Assembly: GCA_963666315.2 (NCBI GenBank)
Contig: CAXXHG010000033.1
Location: 1 to 55,437, forward strand
Length of the DNA stretch: 55,437 nt
Source of the DNA: Candidatus Binatia bacterium
GTDB taxonomy: Bacteria; Desulfobacterota; Binatia; Bin18
Reading direction: 5' to 3'
The translations under genes were made by a program, and so were the position numbers. The notes beneath the pieces are model-generated. The model did not search any database. It was given only the letters and a program-made list of their open reading frames with translations, and was not told where the DNA came from. Position 1 is the first letter of the stretch, and each line of letters opens with the position of its first letter. This document shows, in pieces, positions 1 to 7,609 of the stretch.

Positions 1-5
1 AGGCG

Positions 6-377
6 CTATGTCGCCCGTGAATCTGAAGCCCGCAACCACGGCGGTTTGATCTCGGCTACCGGCACGCCGATCACTGCCGCAATGTGGCCGAACAGTGGAG
101 AGTTTGGCCGGTCCCCGCGGGTAATCTGGCTGACCGCCCAGCCGGTGATACCTTTGCGCGGATTCTTTTTCCCCACCACAATATGCGCGCCAACCTTAGG
201 AAAGCTCAGCCCTCGTGCAGCCAGGAGGGCTTTGACCTGGCGGACGTGGGCTTCGACTTCCTCAGGATTTTGTTCAACCTGTTCAGCATCCCGTTTAACG
301 TCTTGGGCCTTATTCCGGGCCTTGACAGCACGCGTCGAGGCGTCTTTGTTGTGGTTCACAACATTAGTCATTGTCAT
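6..377 (-). CDS. Ner/Cro-like HTH DNA-binding protein
   Basis: Basic 123-aa ORF. VKALLAARGLSF...IAAVIGVPVAEIKPPW resembles Ner/Nlp-type HTH proteins; divergent from an XRE repressor. Confidence 0.55.
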   Translation of the reverse strand: MTMTNVVNHNKDASTRAVKARNKAQDVKRDAEQVEQNPEEVEAHVRQVKALLAARGLSFPKVGAHIVVGKKNPRKGITGWAVSQITRGDRPNSPLFGHIAAVIGVPVAEIKPPWLRASDSRAT

Positions 378-396
378 TCATAATCCGTCTAGGATT

Positions 397-425
397 AAAT
401 TATCCCTATAAAGTATAAATGTCAA
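397..425 (-). promoter_or_regulatory. Putative sigma70 promoter for the Ner/Cro-like gene
   Basis: Minus-strand TTGACA (425-420) with GATAAT/TAATTT 15-17 bp downstream, in an AT-rich divergent spacer that also has inverted repeats (taatcc..ggatta, 381-397). Confidence 0.45.
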
Positions 426-490
426 GATAAAAGTCTCATTCGGCGTATCAGTCATTTGAGAAACTCTTATCCGCGCTTCTTACGGCTCGG

Positions 491-931
491 GTGGAGTTTG
501 TCCAAGTTGGGAAAAGGATCCGAGAAATTCGGGAGAACGAGTTAGGACTGGGCCAAAAGGCATTCGCTCACAAGATAGGAAAAACGCAAACAGATGTCTC
601 GCACTATGAAAGAGGCGAGCGCATTAAAGATCGTGCCGAGGCACTGCTACGCATAGCAGAACTTGATCCTAAGAAACGGGGCATTCGGTGGTTGTTGGGT
701 GGCTATTCGGCGCTGGTACAGTCGGACGAGCAACCTCTAGGAGAAGCCGCGGGGGGCGTGCGAGTTACTGAATCAGCCCAACACTACGCCTCGCCCGAGG
801 ACCGGCGGTGGCATGAGGCTGCTGAGACACTCGTGTCCATTCGGTATCATCAGCCTCCGTCAGTGCAACGTCTTGTGCTGGACCACATCGCTCTCTTAGG
901 TCGTATTCAAACGCTGACCGACGAGGAATAG
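491..931 (+). CDS. XRE-family (cI-like) HTH transcriptional regulator
   Basis: GKRIREIRE..LGQKAFAHKIGKTQTDVSHYERGER is a classic HTH_3 signature, followed by 'WLLGG'. Confidence 0.85.
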   Translation: MEFVQVGKRIREIRENELGLGQKAFAHKIGKTQTDVSHYERGERIKDRAEALLRIAELDPKKRGIRWLLGGYSALVQSDEQPLGEAAGGVRVTESAQHYASPEDRRWHEAAETLVSIRYHQPPSVQRLVLDHIALLGRIQTLTDEE

Positions 932-953
932 CGCATCCTCAGCCGCTATTCTT

Positions 954-2264
954 TTAAAACACACCCATCGAGCGCAACAGGATCACGGCGACGGCGGCTG
1001 GAGCGACGAAGCGCAATAGGAAAACCCAGGCTAAATACAGGCCCGACGAAAGATCGCGAGCCGGAACTTCGGCTTGACGTTCTGTATGGGTCATGGACCA
1101 GCCGGCAAACAGGGCGACTAACAGACCGCCGACGGGCAGCAGATAGTTGGTCGTCAGCATATCCATAAAACCAAAAAATCCACCGTTCAAGGCCGACGGG
1201 ATGCCCACGGCAAAGATCACGCCGCCGAACACCCAGCTCGCTCGCATCCGGCTCCAGCCTTTATCATCGATAAAATAGGCGACCACAACCTCAAGCAAGG
1301 GCATGGCTGAGCTTAACGCGGCAAAAGTCAACAGCAAGAAGAAGAGCAGGGCTATCCATTGCCCAAAGGGGAGCTGGCCAAAAGCCGCTGGCAGTGTCTC
1401 AAAGATGAGTGCCGGACCGGCGTTCGGTTCCAGTTGAAATGTGAAGACTAACGGGAAGATGACAAACCCGGCCAGGATGGCAATTGCGGTATCACTCACT
1501 GCAACAAAGAGAACAGCGCGTGGCAGCTGGGTGTTGCGGTTCAGATAACTGCCATACGTGACTAGGGTGCCCATCCCTATGCTCAGCGAGAAAAATGCCT
1601 GGCCCAGCGCTTCGAGCACGGCCTTGGGGCTAATCTTGTCCCAGTGCGGCGTCATCAGAAAAGCAATGCCTTCAGCGGCGCCATCGGTTGTGAGGGCATA
1701 CACTAAGAGGAAGCACAGCATCAAGAAGAGGGCGGGCATCATGATCTTATTGCCCCATTCAATGCCGCGGGAGACGCCGCGTGCGACAAACCAAATAGTG
1801 ACAGCCATAAAGACCGCGTGCCAGAATACTTGGAGCGCTGGGCTTGCCGACAGTGTTGCAAAGAGTTGCTTGGTCGCTTCATTCGACTGCCCGGCAAAAC
1901 TGTCTGCAATGGACAGGGAAATATAATGCAGAACCCAACCGCCGACCACAGAATAATATGACAGTAAGACAAAGCCGGTGAGGACGCCTAGCCAGCCCGT
2001 CATAATCCATGGCGAGCGCGGGCGCAGGGTAGCGAACGCGCCAACGACGTTACGCTGGGTACTGCGTCCGATCAATAACTCGGCTATCATAATCGGGATG
2101 CCGACCGCGACAACACAGCCGAGGTAGACAAGAATAAACGCCGCACCACCGTACTCCCCGGTGATATACGAAAACCGCCACACATTGCCTAAGCCCACGG
2201 CTGAACCCATGGCGGCGAGGACAAATCCCAGCGTGCCGGACCAATTCTCTCTGCCTTGCCGCAT
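954..2264 (-). CDS. NSS/SNF-family sodium-dependent transporter
   Basis: GSAVGLGNVWRF and GQAFFSLSIGMG motifs, many TM helices. ATG at 2264 has an upstream GAGG. Confidence 0.95.
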   Translation of the reverse strand: MRQGRENWSGTLGFVLAAMGSAVGLGNVWRFSYITGEYGGAAFILVYLGCVVAVGIPIMIAELLIGRSTQRNVVGAFATLRPRSPWIMTGWLGVLTGFVLLSYYSVVGGWVLHYISLSIADSFAGQSNEATKQLFATLSASPALQVFWHAVFMAVTIWFVARGVSRGIEWGNKIMMPALFLMLCFLLVYALTTDGAAEGIAFLMTPHWDKISPKAVLEALGQAFFSLSIGMGTLVTYGSYLNRNTQLPRAVLFVAVSDTAIAILAGFVIFPLVFTFQLEPNAGPALIFETLPAAFGQLPFGQWIALLFFLLLTFAALSSAMPLLEVVVAYFIDDKGWSRMRASWVFGGVIFAVGIPSALNGGFFGFMDMLTTNYLLPVGGLLVALFAGWSMTHTERQAEVPARDLSSGLYLAWVFLLRFVAPAAVAVILLRSMGVF

Positions 2265-2305
2265 ACTGATGTTCCTCTTCTTCAAGTTTACCAGGCAGAA
2301 CGCTG

Positions 2306-2337
2306 AAAAGCAAAAGGGCGGAGACTTGCTCCGCCCT
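2306..2337 (-). terminator. Rho-independent terminator
   Basis: 9-bp stem agggcggag/ctccgccct followed by a T-tract on the minus strand, downstream of the SnoaL gene. Confidence 0.65.
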
Positions 2338-2370
2338 CATAGCTCATGACGATGGTGAGAGGCTGTTGGG

Positions 2371-2490
2371 AAAACCGTTACGAGCGCCGCGCGAGCAAGG
2401 CGCGAGGTGGAGAGGAACCGGAGTGTACGTTATGTACATGAGGATTCCGAGTCGCTGAGCAACGCCGCTCGCGCAAGCGCAGTAGGTTTT
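2371..2490. repeat. Long imperfect palindromic intergenic element (MITE/REP-like)
   Basis: Nested pairings aaaacc/ggtttt, gcgcgagc/gctcgcgc, ggcg/cgcc, ggaa/ttcc and tgtac/gtaca. Confidence 0.6.
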
Positions 2491-2887
2491 AGAGTGCACC
2501 TAACTGCCGGAACATGGCATTGGCATCCCAAAAGTCACGCTGGGCGGCAATCTTTCCGTTTTTAAAGGTCAGGATGGATACGCCCTGGACGGCGGTCTCT
2601 TTGCCTTTGGCATTGAGGCCCATGAACTCGCCGGCATGCTTGGCCTGCCAGGTCCACTCGACCGCACCACTCTCAGTGCTACCGGAATAGGCATTGCAGG
2701 TGAATACATGCTCGCCGGCGTCTGGTCCACCAAAGGTAGAAAAGAACTTGCGCAGACCCTCTTTGCCGTTCTCTGTATGAGCAAAGATAACGTCCTCAAA
2801 CCGGGCGTCGTCTGCATACATTTCCAGCAGTGTATCCAGGCCCGCACTGAAATTCCCGATCCATTGTTTGGCCCACTCGGCATTCAT
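2489..2887 (-). CDS. SnoaL-like / NTF2-fold (ester cyclase family) protein
   Basis: MYADDARFED..GKEGLRKFF..GKIAAQRDFWD. True start MNAEW follows an AAGGAGG RBS. Confidence 0.85.
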   Translation of the reverse strand: MNAEWAKQWIGNFSAGLDTLLEMYADDARFEDVIFAHTENGKEGLRKFFSTFGGPDAGEHVFTCNAYSGSTESGAVEWTWQAKHAGEFMGLNAKGKETAVQGVSILTFKNGKIAAQRDFWDANAMFRQLGAL

Positions 2888-2927
2888 ACCGGCCCTCCTT
2901 ATTGTGAACGGCTCTGACAACCCCGTC

Positions 2928-3413
2928 TTACATCCCGACTGGGTCATAGCGCACGAGTACGCGCGAGCCGTCGGCCAGACTCTTCCGAAAGCCGTCGGCA
3001 TAGCCGGCCCAGCCGTCGGCATACTTCTTGGCAAAGGTTGCGAAGAGAATTTCATTAACGGCTTTGTCGGTGACGATAGACCCTGTCGCGTCAAACGATG
3101 GTCCGTCCTGTGAACCGATCCAGACTTTCGCCTTGGTCCGGCCGGCCTGAATGCGCTTGACGCGGTGGGTGGAAACCGGCGTGCCAACCCAGACTGCGCC
3201 GTCGTGGTGGAAAAACCAAATCTCCGCTTTTGAGCCAAACTCCCCACTCTTCCGTTCTGACTGGATATAGACGTATTTACTGGAATCGAGCGCCTGTTGC
3301 AGTTCGGCCGAAAGCGCGGCTGCCGACTGGTGTGGTGTGGCGAAAAAGAACAACCCACTCAGCAGATAGAGTAGGGCAAAAGCAGACCAATTGGCGCGTT
3401 TATATGAACGCAT
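2928..3413 (-). CDS. Exported PNPOx/split-barrel (flavin/deazaflavin-binding-like) protein
   Basis: Signal peptide, then RKSGE..EIWFF...FAKKYADGW. RBS GGAGG upstream of ATG 3413. Confidence 0.6.
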   Translation of the reverse strand: MRSYKRANWSAFALLYLLSGLFFFATPHQSAAALSAELQQALDSSKYVYIQSERKSGEFGSKAEIWFFHHDGAVWVGTPVSTHRVKRIQAGRTKAKVWIGSQDGPSFDATGSIVTDKAVNEILFATFAKKYADGWAGYADGFRKSLADGSRVLVRYDPVGM

Positions 3414-3447
3414 ACTGTTGTCTCCTCCTGTACGGACTAAGCCGTGT

Positions 3448-4059
3448 TTACGACGCACTCTTCGCATCATACTTCGCTTCAGAAACGACTTTCATCGACT
3501 GAATAATAACCGGCTCGTGTGGAACGTCGGAATGCATGCCCCTGCGGCGGGTTTTCACTCGTTCAATCTCGCGCACCACGTCCATGCCTGCCATGATCCG
3601 ACCAAAGACGCAGTAGCCGTATGCTTGCGTCGTATGGTTCAGAGCGTCATTGTCTTTGATGTTGATAAAGAACTGCGAGGTGGCGGAATTAACCGCGTCC
3701 GTGCGTGCCATGGCCAACGTTCCGGTATCATTGGTCAGACCATTGGCCGCCTCATTTTTAACCGGCGGCTTGGTGGGTTTTTCCTGCATGGCTTCGGTGA
3801 AGCCACCGCCTTGGATCATGAAGCCGGGCATAACACGATGGAAGATCGTACCGTCATAAAATCCGTCGTTCACATAAGCCAGAAAGTTCTTGACCGTCTC
3901 CGGGGCTTCTTTCTCGAACAGTTCGATCTTCATGTCACCCTTGGACGTTGACATTAAGACGACAGGTCCTCCTGTTCCTCCCCGGCCTTCCTCCGAACAA
4001 CCAGGTAGGATGACGAGTAATGCAGTAGAAAAAAGGATTAACTGTTTCACCCCCCACAT
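3448..4059 (-). CDS. Cyclophilin-type peptidyl-prolyl isomerase, lipoprotein
   Basis: FYDGTIFHRVMPGFMIQGGG, GTLAMART, SATSQFFIN; N-terminal lipobox LPGC. Confidence 0.95.
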   Translation of the reverse strand: MWGVKQLILFSTALLVILPGCSEEGRGGTGGPVVLMSTSKGDMKIELFEKEAPETVKNFLAYVNDGFYDGTIFHRVMPGFMIQGGGFTEAMQEKPTKPPVKNEAANGLTNDTGTLAMARTDAVNSATSQFFINIKDNDALNHTTQAYGYCVFGRIMAGMDVVREIERVKTRRRGMHSDVPHEPVIIQSMKVVSEAKYDAKSAS

Positions 4060-4072
4060 TGTTTGCCCTCCA

Positions 4073-4129
4073 AACAGTACGATGCACATGGAACAGTACG
4101 ATGCACATGGAACGGTACGATGCACATGG
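4073..4129. repeat. Tandem repeat, 3 x 19 bp (aacagtacgatgcacatgg)
   Basis: Units 4073-4091, 4092-4110 and 4111-4129, with one mismatch. Confidence 0.95.
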
Positions 4130-4221
4130 TTTGATAGTGCGACAACCTAACCCAGCCTTGGCGTGAGAGGAAGGCCCCGTTCTGAGCAGGACGGGCGGAA
4201 TCGGAGACGGAGGGAGCACAT

Positions 4222-4860
4222 TTACAGACTCTCCAAATACTCCAACACCTCTTCGAGCGGCAGCACATCCCCGTACTTTGAGCTGATATCAAAGAGGTTG
4301 GCTTCGTGTGGCTCTTGAGCCCGATCCCCTACACATTCGAGTGGCACGATCGGCCGAAAGCCATGGGCAAGTGCATCCATCACGGTCGCCCGCACACAGC
4401 CGCTGGTTGTACAGCCTGTGACTATGGCGGTATCGACCGACTGCATGGTCAAGGTTGAGGCCAAATAGGTACCAAAGAATCCGGAGGCATATTTCTTGAC
4501 AATGACCAAGTCTCCAGGTTCTCGCTTGAGTCTAGGGTCCAGTTCAACCAAGTCGCTGCCAAGCTTGAGCAGGCGCAATGACGGCGCCTTTTCCGGCCAC
4601 AAGCCCGCATCGTCCTGCCGATGCGGGTCATAGCCCACCACCGTAAAAATAATGGGTACGTTCTTCTTGCGCGCAACCGCAATAAGGTCGTTGGTGGCTT
4701 TAACCTCAGCATCGAGATTACCGGCTAGGGGGGACTGTTCCGGTGCGGTAAAACCCAGCTGAAAATCGACCACAATGACCGCCGGCTTTTTCCCAAAGCC
4801 GAGGGTGTGTCCGAGTTGGGCCCGCTCATAGATAGCGTGTTTGTCTTCGTTTGGGGGCAT
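4222..4860 (-). CDS. Isochorismatase-family cysteine hydrolase (N-carbamoylsarcosine/maleamate amidase-like)
   Basis: VIVVDFQLGF, KKYASGFFGT, GCTTSGCVRATVMDA (Asp-Lys-Cys triad). RBS AAGGAG. Confidence 0.9.
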   Translation of the reverse strand: MPPNEDKHAIYERAQLGHTLGFGKKPAVIVVDFQLGFTAPEQSPLAGNLDAEVKATNDLIAVARKKNVPIIFTVVGYDPHRQDDAGLWPEKAPSLRLLKLGSDLVELDPRLKREPGDLVIVKKYASGFFGTYLASTLTMQSVDTAIVTGCTTSGCVRATVMDALAHGFRPIVPLECVGDRAQEPHEANLFDISSKYGDVLPLEEVLEYLESL

Positions 4861-4950
4861 AACAGACTCCTTACATACGGCAGGGCAAAGCATTCTCCAT
4901 CCTGCCTCGAATGCTTCGCCCTTACGGTCAATATTTATAACCTTCTGGGT

Positions 4951-6369
4951 TTACAACCCTCGGGGTTTCACCACTTGCTCAACAAATTGGCCGCTCGGCT
5001 GCGCGGCCACAATTTCACCATCCTCCATGACCAATTGACCGCGCAGAAAGGTCTTGACCGGAATGCCCTTTACCTGACGTCCTTCCCATAATGAGTAATC
5101 CGCCCGTGAGCGCATACGGTCAACGCTGAGTATTGCTTCCTTCTCCGGATCAAGCACGACAATGTCGGCATCCGAGCCCAAGGCCAGCGCGCCTTTCTTG
5201 GGATATAGGCCGTACAGCTTGGCTGCATTTTCAGACAACACTTTGGCCAGCGTAACCAGATCAATGCGGCCTTTGTTGATCCCTTCGTGAAACATGAGCG
5301 GCAACGTGTCGGCAACCTGAAGATTGATGCCAACCCGACAGTCCCAGAAGTCCCCGTCGGTCTTGAATGAGGAAGAATACGTCAAACTGTCCGTACCGAC
5401 GACAGACAGCGTGCCCTCTTGGATACCGCGCCACAGCCGTTCTTTGTCTTTTTCAAAACGAATCGGCGGCTGGATTTTGGCTTTGCCGCCCATGCCGGCG
5501 GCATCCATTTCCGGAGCAGTCGTGTTCAAAAAACACGCCACGGTCTCACCTATAATGTTGACGCCTTGGGCACGTAACTGCTTCACGGTTTCAACCGTAT
5601 GGGCGGCACTGATATGGACCGGATAGAGAGGCACGCGCAGCTGATTGGCGATCATGCCGTAGGTATACACCTGGACACTTTCGGCCCATTCCGGACTCGA
5701 CTCGGCCCAGGCGGTTAATTGATCGGCCCGGCCCATCTCGCGCAGGCGGTCGATTAGGATGCCGCGTACATGTGGATCTTCGGCATGGATCTTGGCAAAC
5801 GTCGGCGGTCCACAGTGTGCCAGTTGCTCACACGCGGCATGAAAAAAGGCGGGGGTAATCCCTTCAGCGTTCATGCCAAAGGCCTCAGCCTGAGGACCGG
5901 CATAGCCGGTAAAGAATTTGTACGAAACGCCGCCTTTCCTGGCGACGGCCGGAATCTCTGCCACCTGGTCGAGGGTGTTGACCACACACGTCACCTTAAA
6001 GTCGCACCACGAATGGTCGGTCCCGCATTGCACGGCCTGGTCAAAGAGATCCAGCATGGGCTCCTGGCCAATTAAAGTCGTTGTCGCAATCGTGGTGACG
6101 CCGCCGATCATGCAGTCTTTGGTATCGCGTAGGAAATCCTCGGTCATGGCATCATCGCCAAAGCGGTCAGAGATGCCAAAATGGACGTGCGGGTCAAATG
6201 TACCCGGGAAGAGAATTTTTCCCTCTACGTCGATTTCTCGTTTGGCCTGACCGAGGGTCGAGCTCGCACCCACGCCGACAATCTGCTCGCCCTCAATAGC
6301 GATACCACCTTGGATGACCCCGTTGGGCGTCACAACCAGCCCATTTTTTAAGACGATGTCATGCGACAC
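4951..6369 (-). CDS. Cyclic amidohydrolase (dihydropyrimidinase/allantoinase/dihydroorotase family)
   Basis: PGTFDPHVH, SYKFF, KIHAED, VHIS, KIQPPIR, GTD, GSDADIVVLDP. Confidence 0.9.
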   Translation of the reverse strand: MSHDIVLKNGLVVTPNGVIQGGIAIEGEQIVGVGASSTLGQAKREIDVEGKILFPGTFDPHVHFGISDRFGDDAMTEDFLRDTKDCMIGGVTTIATTTLIGQEPMLDLFDQAVQCGTDHSWCDFKVTCVVNTLDQVAEIPAVARKGGVSYKFFTGYAGPQAEAFGMNAEGITPAFFHAACEQLAHCGPPTFAKIHAEDPHVRGILIDRLREMGRADQLTAWAESSPEWAESVQVYTYGMIANQLRVPLYPVHISAAHTVETVKQLRAQGVNIIGETVACFLNTTAPEMDAAGMGGKAKIQPPIRFEKDKERLWRGIQEGTLSVVGTDSLTYSSSFKTDGDFWDCRVGINLQVADTLPLMFHEGINKGRIDLVTLAKVLSENAAKLYGLYPKKGALALGSDADIVVLDPEKEAILSVDRMRSRADYSLWEGRQVKGIPVKTFLRGQLVMEDGEIVAAQPSGQFVEQVVKPRGL

Positions 6370-6610
6370 AGCAACCTCCTTGTGTTGAAACGGTCCAGAA
6401 CTCAGGGGGGATTATCCAACCAAAGGGGAGGGAATGTCAATGAAGGATAGGGAAGGACCCCCGGCGAGGGAACGCCTGCAGCGCCCTGCTGAACTTGCGT
6501 AGACTTCATAGTTTCTTATATGTCATTGATGTCACCTTGGTCATCTATTTCATCCATTTCATATTGTGAGAGCGAGGGCATGATTCTTTGCACAGAATAA
6601 GGAGGACGCT

Positions 6611-7549
6611 ATGGCGGTCAATGACGACTTGACTGAGGCACAGGTGGAAGAGTTTTTTTCGACCTTAAGCAACTGGGGGAAATGGGGAGCGACCGATCAG
6701 CTTGGCGCGCTCAACTATATTACGCCTGAGAAACGCGCGCAGGCGGCAGCCGAAGTACAGGACGGACACTCTGTGTCGCTGTCTTTGCCACTTGCGACGC
6801 AGCCTGGGCCGGACAATCCAACGCCCGTCATGCACCTTATGATGAAAACTGGTTCGCCGGGCGAAGAGAGCTTGGTCCCGTTGCCGTATAGCGCGGACTA
6901 TTTTGCGATTGCACCCCATGGCGTGGCCAACACGCATCTTGATGCCCTGTGCCACGTCTTTCACAACGACAAGATGTATAACGGCTACCCATCCTCTGAC
7001 GTGACGGTCCAGGGGGCGCTGAACGGTGCCATCGACGCTGTTAGAAATGGCATTGTGTCGCGCGGTGTGTTGATCGATATCCCGAAACTCAAGAATCGAG
7101 ACTATCTTGAACCGGGCGAGGCCATTTCGCTGGCAGATCTCGAAGCCGCCGAACAGGATGGAAACTTCACGGTCGGAGAAGGCGACGTGCTTTTTATTCG
7201 GACCGGACGTCACGTCCGGCAAAAAGCGCAGGGTCATTGGGATGCCCTACAGGACGGCTTAGCCGGGCTTGGTGCGGCTTGCCTCCCGTGGATACACGAG
7301 CGTAAAATTGCCGTACTTGGCTGTGACGGGGTGAGCGACGTCATTCCCAGCGGGTACGACAACCTCATCATGCCCATCCACTCGTGCACGCTGGTTGCCA
7401 TGGGCATCCATCTGCTCGATAACTGTATGCTGGATGATCTGAGCGAGGCGTGCGCCTCACGCTCACGTTGGACTTTCCTGTCGACCGTTGCCCCGCTGGT
7501 TTTGATGAAAGGGACGGCCTCGCCCGTCAATCCTATCGCCGTATTTTAA
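6611..7549 (+). CDS. Cyclase-family (kynurenine formamidase-like) metal hydrolase
   Basis: SNWGKWG..DQLGALN, HGVANTHLDALCH, GTASPVNPIAVF. Confidence 0.9.
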   Translation: MAVNDDLTEAQVEEFFSTLSNWGKWGATDQLGALNYITPEKRAQAAAEVQDGHSVSLSLPLATQPGPDNPTPVMHLMMKTGSPGEESLVPLPYSADYFAIAPHGVANTHLDALCHVFHNDKMYNGYPSSDVTVQGALNGAIDAVRNGIVSRGVLIDIPKLKNRDYLEPGEAISLADLEAAEQDGNFTVGEGDVLFIRTGRHVRQKAQGHWDALQDGLAGLGAACLPWIHERKIAVLGCDGVSDVIPSGYDNLIMPIHSCTLVAMGIHLLDNCMLDDLSEACASRSRWTFLSTVAPLVLMKGTASPVNPIAVF

Positions 7550-7609
7550 GCGTTATTCTTTCGGGCGCACTTGTGCGCCCGAGCTCTCCTGTATGGATCC
7601 TTACTTTAT

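Noticed and set aside
401-428. Second dif-like site (tatccctataa..aatgtcaaga)
   Set aside because: Spacing and right arm do not fit 11-6-11; better explained as a TTGACA promoter.
932-953. Mu-like prophage end after the repressor
   Set aside because: Only 22 bp, too short for transposase-binding repeats, and none is visible.
2888-3358. Long N-terminal extension of the SnoaL ORF (likewise extensions of ORFs 25635..26450, 44802..45785 and 21829..22680)
   Set aside because: They overlap neighbouring real genes; downstream RBS-backed starts fit the family lengths.
4073-4129. CRISPR array
   Set aside because: Units are contiguous with no spacers, and there are no cas genes in the window.
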